Origin: Negativicutes bacterium
GTDB taxonomy: Bacteria; Bacillota; Negativicutes; UBA1444
DNA: 64,000 nt
Reading direction: 5' to 3'
Assembly (NCBI GenBank): GCA_963665275.2
Contig: CAXXIN010000007.1
Span: forward strand, 1-64,000
The position numbers and the translations under genes were made by a program. Below, in pieces: positions 60,741-64,000 of the stretch (positions within the stretch are counted from its first letter, which is position 1; every line of letters begins with the position of its first letter). The notes under the pieces were generated by a model. That model was not told the DNA's origin, ran no database searches, and saw nothing but the letters and a program-made list of their open reading frames with translations.

Positions 60741-60769
60741 AATTTATCAGATGTTTATCGCTTTGTCAA
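60741..60769 (-). promoter_or_regulatory. Sigma-A promoter of the T-box-aroF-tyrA operon
   Basis: TTGACA-17 nt-TAAATT with a TGn extension. Confidence 0.65.
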
Positions 60770-60770
60770 C

Positions 60771-61259
60771 CTAGTGGCGAGCACATTCTACGGCTTCACC
60801 CTTCATGATGGCCAGCCCGTGCTCCAGCGCCGGCATGATGACTTCCAGACACTCCCTCACCCCTTTGGGACTGCCTGGCAGATTGATGATCAGAGTGCGA
60901 CCCCGCATCCCCGCCACTGCCCGCGAAAGCATAGCCCGCGAAGTGATTTCCAACGATTTTGCCCGCATCGCTTCAGGAATTCCGGGAACCTGTCGATCTA
61001 CCACCGCCAACGTTGCCTCAGGGGTAACGTCCCGCGGACTCATGCCCGTGCCACCGGTCGTCAGAATCAGGTCCAGACCGAGAGTATCGGCCATTACAAT
61101 CATCTCGCGGCTGATCAGCTCCACATCGTCAGAGAGCACCTTGTAACTCTTGATTTTACCCAGTTCGCTCATCATTGTCGCGATCAGATGGCCGCTGGCA
61201 TCTTCCCGTTCCCCACGCGACCCCTTGTCACTGGCAGTAATGATCCCGATATTAAACAC
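60771..61259 (-). CDS. mog: Molybdopterin adenylyltransferase (MogA/MoaB)
   Basis: ITASDKG, TTGGTG..PRDVTPEAT and NLPGSPK motifs. Confidence 0.9.
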   Translation of the reverse strand: MFNIGIITASDKGSRGEREDASGHLIATMMSELGKIKSYKVLSDDVELISREMIVMADTLGLDLILTTGGTGMSPRDVTPEATLAVVDRQVPGIPEAMRAKSLEITSRAMLSRAVAGMRGRTLIINLPGSPKGVRECLEVIMPALEHGLAIMKGEAVECARH

Positions 61260-61692
61260 TCCCGATCACCTCGACCACGTCGCCGCGGGAAATGCGTCCA
61301 CCACGCTCCACGGTAGCAAAAATTCCTTCACGAGGCATCACGCAGTCACCTACAGCTTCCCTGACAGCGCAGCCCTGATGACATTCCTTACCGATTTGGC
61401 TGACTTTTAAAACGGTATCGCCGATATGAAGAATCGTGCCCACCGGTATTTCCGGCAAGTTCAAACCTTCCACCGTCAGGTTTTCGGCGAAATCTCCCGG
61501 CACTAGTTCAGCGCATTTTTGTTTCATCTTTTCAATGCTTTCGACAGCCAGCAAACTGATCTGCCTGTGGGCAAATCCCGCATGGGCATCGCCTTCCATC
61601 CCCAGCCCTTCAATCAGAACGGCGGTCCCTACATCTACCTTGCGTTCGCCCTTTTTGGCGCTGGTACACACTGCCACGATTTTTCCCTGCAT
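61252..61692 (-). CDS. MOSC domain protein
   Basis: GDAHAG..HRQISLL, GDFAEN, QIGKECH and CVMPREGIF motifs. Confidence 0.88.
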   Translation of the reverse strand: MQGKIVAVCTSAKKGERKVDVGTAVLIEGLGMEGDAHAGFAHRQISLLAVESIEKMKQKCAELVPGDFAENLTVEGLNLPEIPVGTILHIGDTVLKVSQIGKECHQGCAVREAVGDCVMPREGIFATVERGGRISRGDVVEVIGSV

Positions 61693-61693
61693 C

Positions 61694-62179
61694 TCAATCA
61701 CCCTCCCGCTCATAGATGCCGCTCCGGCCTCCAGATTTACGCAGAAGTCTGATGCTTTCCACACTCATTCCGCGATCAATCGCCTTGCACATATCATAAA
61801 TGGTCAAGGCAGCACCGGATACGGCAGACAACGCTTCCATCTCCACGCCCGTCCGTCCTGTCGTCTTGACAACGGCACTGATCTCCACTGCTGACGCCGT
61901 GCGGTCAATAACAAAAGAAATGTCAATCCCACTCAATAGCAAGGGATGACACATAGGAATCAGTTCCCAGGTTTTTTTGGCCGCCATAATTCCGGCGACC
62001 TGCGCAACCGCCAGTACATCACCTTTGCCGATGGTTCCTTCTTCGATACGGGCCAGAGTTTCGGGCGCCATCATAATACGGCCACCCGCCTCGGCAACGC
62101 GGTCGGTTTCATTCTTGTCCGTCACATCAACCATCCGGGCCCGGCCAGCGATATTGAAGTGAGACAGTTCTTTATCCAT
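61694..62179 (-). CDS. moaC: Cyclic pyranopterin monophosphate synthase
   Basis: [28 protein letters not shown] and KSGGRSG motifs. Confidence 0.95.
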   Translation of the reverse strand: MDKELSHFNIAGRARMVDVTDKNETDRVAEAGGRIMMAPETLARIEEGTIGKGDVLAVAQVAGIMAAKKTWELIPMCHPLLLSGIDISFVIDRTASAVEISAVVKTTGRTGVEMEALSAVSGAALTIYDMCKAIDRGMSVESIRLLRKSGGRSGIYEREGD

Positions 62180-62415
62180 CAGGTACTCCCGTTTGCCGGA
62201 AACAGCTCCAGTCGGTCGCCATCAGCCAGATGACTGTCGAGACTGCTCTCTTTGCCATTTCGCAAAATATTTTTCACGTGGTCAGGATTCACTTCCATCT
62301 GTTGCAGTAACTCCTCAACAGAAAGGTTATCCGGCACATCGACCGAAATAATGCCACTCGGATCAGCCGGAGTATAGCGGCGTAACGCGGCGAAAAAACG
62401 AACTTCTATGACCAT
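62179..62415 (-). CDS. MoaD/ThiS-fold protein lacking the C-terminal Gly-Gly
   Basis: [12 protein letters not shown]...[11 protein letters not shown]; ends ANGST. Confidence 0.75.
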   Translation of the reverse strand: MVIEVRFFAALRRYTPADPSGIISVDVPDNLSVEELLQQMEVNPDHVKNILRNGKESSLDSHLADGDRLELFPANGST

Positions 62416-62515
62416 TCCTACAATAATCTCCCGTCATACGCCGATCGCGTTTTTTTGGTGATTGCTAGTAATTCGCTACGGCGCTGGGAATTCCTTCTAC
62501 AAAGCATAATTCTTT

Positions 62516-63499
62516 TCAGCCGCCAATCTGGGACATTCCCCTGACCTGAAAAGCCTGCGCGGCTTCTTCCTTCAGATGGTGCGAGGACGGTTTGCTGCGA
62601 ACAGCCAGCTGGAACAGCTCTGTCACCTCTTCATCCGGGGCCTGGCGCCGCAACGCCGCGCGCAAATCAATCTCCGTATCGGCGAGCAGACAGGGACGAA
62701 GACGTCCGTCAGCTGTCAGCCTAATCCGGTTGCATTGATCACAGTAGCCTTCAGAAATGGGAGCTATGAATCCGTACACGCCCTGATCCGATTCTCCCTG
62801 CAGGTAGTGGGCGGGCCCGCATCCGTAAGGGGCCTGGCGCGGCGGCAACAGCTTGCCGCCGGAAAGTTTGTTCAGCTGCTCAGTTACCGTGGTCACGGTC
62901 ATCCCCGAACTGACCCTGCAGCGATGGGAGGGCATATACTCGATGAAGCGCACAGCCACCGGTCTTTCCCGCACCAAACCCTGAAAAAAATGCAAATCGT
63001 CTTCCCCGACAGCTGCCGTCAGAACCACGTTGATCTTCACCGGCGCCAGTCCCACCGCGATCGCCGCCTCAATTCCCGCCAAAACATCCTGGACATCCCC
63101 GCCGCAGGTCAACTCCCGAAAACGCGACGGCTCAATGGTATCCAGGCTGATATTCACCCGATTCACCCCGGCTTCTTTCAGTTCTGCCGCATATTGCGCC
63201 AGCAGGCTCCCATTGGTGGTAACCGAAAGATCCTCAATGACGCCGAGAGCTTTGATTTGCCGAACCAAATTCACGAATCCCGGCCGAACCAAAGGCTCAC
63301 CGCCTGTCAGCCGAATCCTGGATACGCCTTGCCGTCCCAAAATCGATAAAACGCGCACGATCTCCTCATCCGTCAAAATTTCCGACGGATCAAGCCATTT
63401 CACACCTTCCGGCGGAACGCAGTAAACGCAGCGATAATTGCATCGGTCGGTCACAGACAGCCTCAGATAGCGAATATCTCTCTGAAAAGCATCCAACAC
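62516..63499 (-). CDS. moaA: GTP 3',8-cyclase
   Basis: YLRLSVTDRCNYRCVYC, TGGEP and CDQCNRIRLTADG.LRPCL; C-terminal IGG. Confidence 0.95.
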   Translation of the reverse strand: MLDAFQRDIRYLRLSVTDRCNYRCVYCVPPEGVKWLDPSEILTDEEIVRVLSILGRQGVSRIRLTGGEPLVRPGFVNLVRQIKALGVIEDLSVTTNGSLLAQYAAELKEAGVNRVNISLDTIEPSRFRELTCGGDVQDVLAGIEAAIAVGLAPVKINVVLTAAVGEDDLHFFQGLVRERPVAVRFIEYMPSHRCRVSSGMTVTTVTEQLNKLSGGKLLPPRQAPYGCGPAHYLQGESDQGVYGFIAPISEGYCDQCNRIRLTADGRLRPCLLADTEIDLRAALRRQAPDEEVTELFQLAVRSKPSSHHLKEEAAQAFQVRGMSQIGG

Positions 63500-63660
63500 A
63501 ACAAAGTACTCCTTCTATGATGCTTAGTGATGTAAATGGTTAAATTTTCGCAATAACATAGTATTCGCTGTCAGTTGGATAATTCCCTTGCTGCCAAAAG
63601 GGGATTTGTTCTGAAAGTCGAATCAATATAATATCGAAGATTTTCTAGGAGGGTTGTAAA

Positions 63661-64000
63661 ATGCCTGAACTTAAGTATCTCGGTCATGCCTGTTTCTTGC
63701 TTCAGAATGGAAAGAACTCGCTGATCATCGACCCATTTTTGACCGGCAATCCTGTTGCGGCAACCACCGCCGATGAGATCGATTGCCAATATATCCTGGT
63801 TTCCCACGGCCACGAGGACCATATCGGCGACGCCGTCAACATTGCCAAACGAACCGGCGCCACCATCATTTCGACGGCGGAAATCGCCCGTTCCTGCGGT
63901 GAAAAAGGCGCCAAAATCCACGCGATGCATCTGGGCGGCAAACATGCCTTTGACTTCGGTTATGTTCGCCTAACCCAAGCATTTCACGGTTCAGGTATTC
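63661..64000 (+). CDS. UPF0173-type MBL-fold metal-dependent hydrolase (truncated by window end)
   Basis: Manual translation MPELKYLGHACF..IIDPFLTGNP..SHGHEDHIGD..AFHGSG; GGAGG RBS. Confidence 0.88.
   Translation, partial: MPELKYLGHACFLLQNGKNSLIIDPFLTGNPVAATTADEIDCQYILVSHGHEDHIGDAVNIAKRTGATIISTAEIARSCGEKGAKIHAMHLGGKHAFDFGYVRLTQAFHGSGI

Noticed and set aside
1-64000. CRISPR arrays, tRNA/rRNA, prophage, integrase or transposase genes
   Set aside because: None recognised by eye; intergenic spaces are short and mostly explained by promoters and terminators

Overview
Chromosomal window from an anaerobic Firmicute, probably Negativicutes/Sporomusaceae-like (inferred from gene content only). Most genes lie on the minus strand. 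Housekeeping and energy genes: thl-bcd-etfB-etfA (etfA ferredoxin-fused, 1-bp frameshift), dnaE, sepF, beta-CASP nuclease, murB, ylbF, endonuclease IV-like, trmL, PIN-PhoH, H-NOX chemoreceptor, ftsL-like, cshA, aroE, Tyr T-box-aroF-tyrA, and moaA-moaD-moaC-MOSC-mog. Accessory content: (1) a six-gene Hyf/Ehr-type membrane complex whose large subunit keeps all four NiFe cysteines; (2) an MFS + amidohydrolase + STAND/BTAD activator + degenerate Fic module, with three phased heptamer repeats at its promoter; (3) a 14-gene LacI-controlled catabolic cluster of unknown substrate whose two flavoenzymes have non-canonical active sites (best candidate for an undescribed system); (4) a secreted protein built of eight Cys-paired repeats; (5) a hairpin-rich MITE/PATE-like element; (6) an unannotated 45-aa CDGSH protein beside a decayed etfA remnant. 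No rRNA, tRNA, CRISPR array, transposase or integrase was recognised. All calls come from reading motifs by eye; no database search was run.
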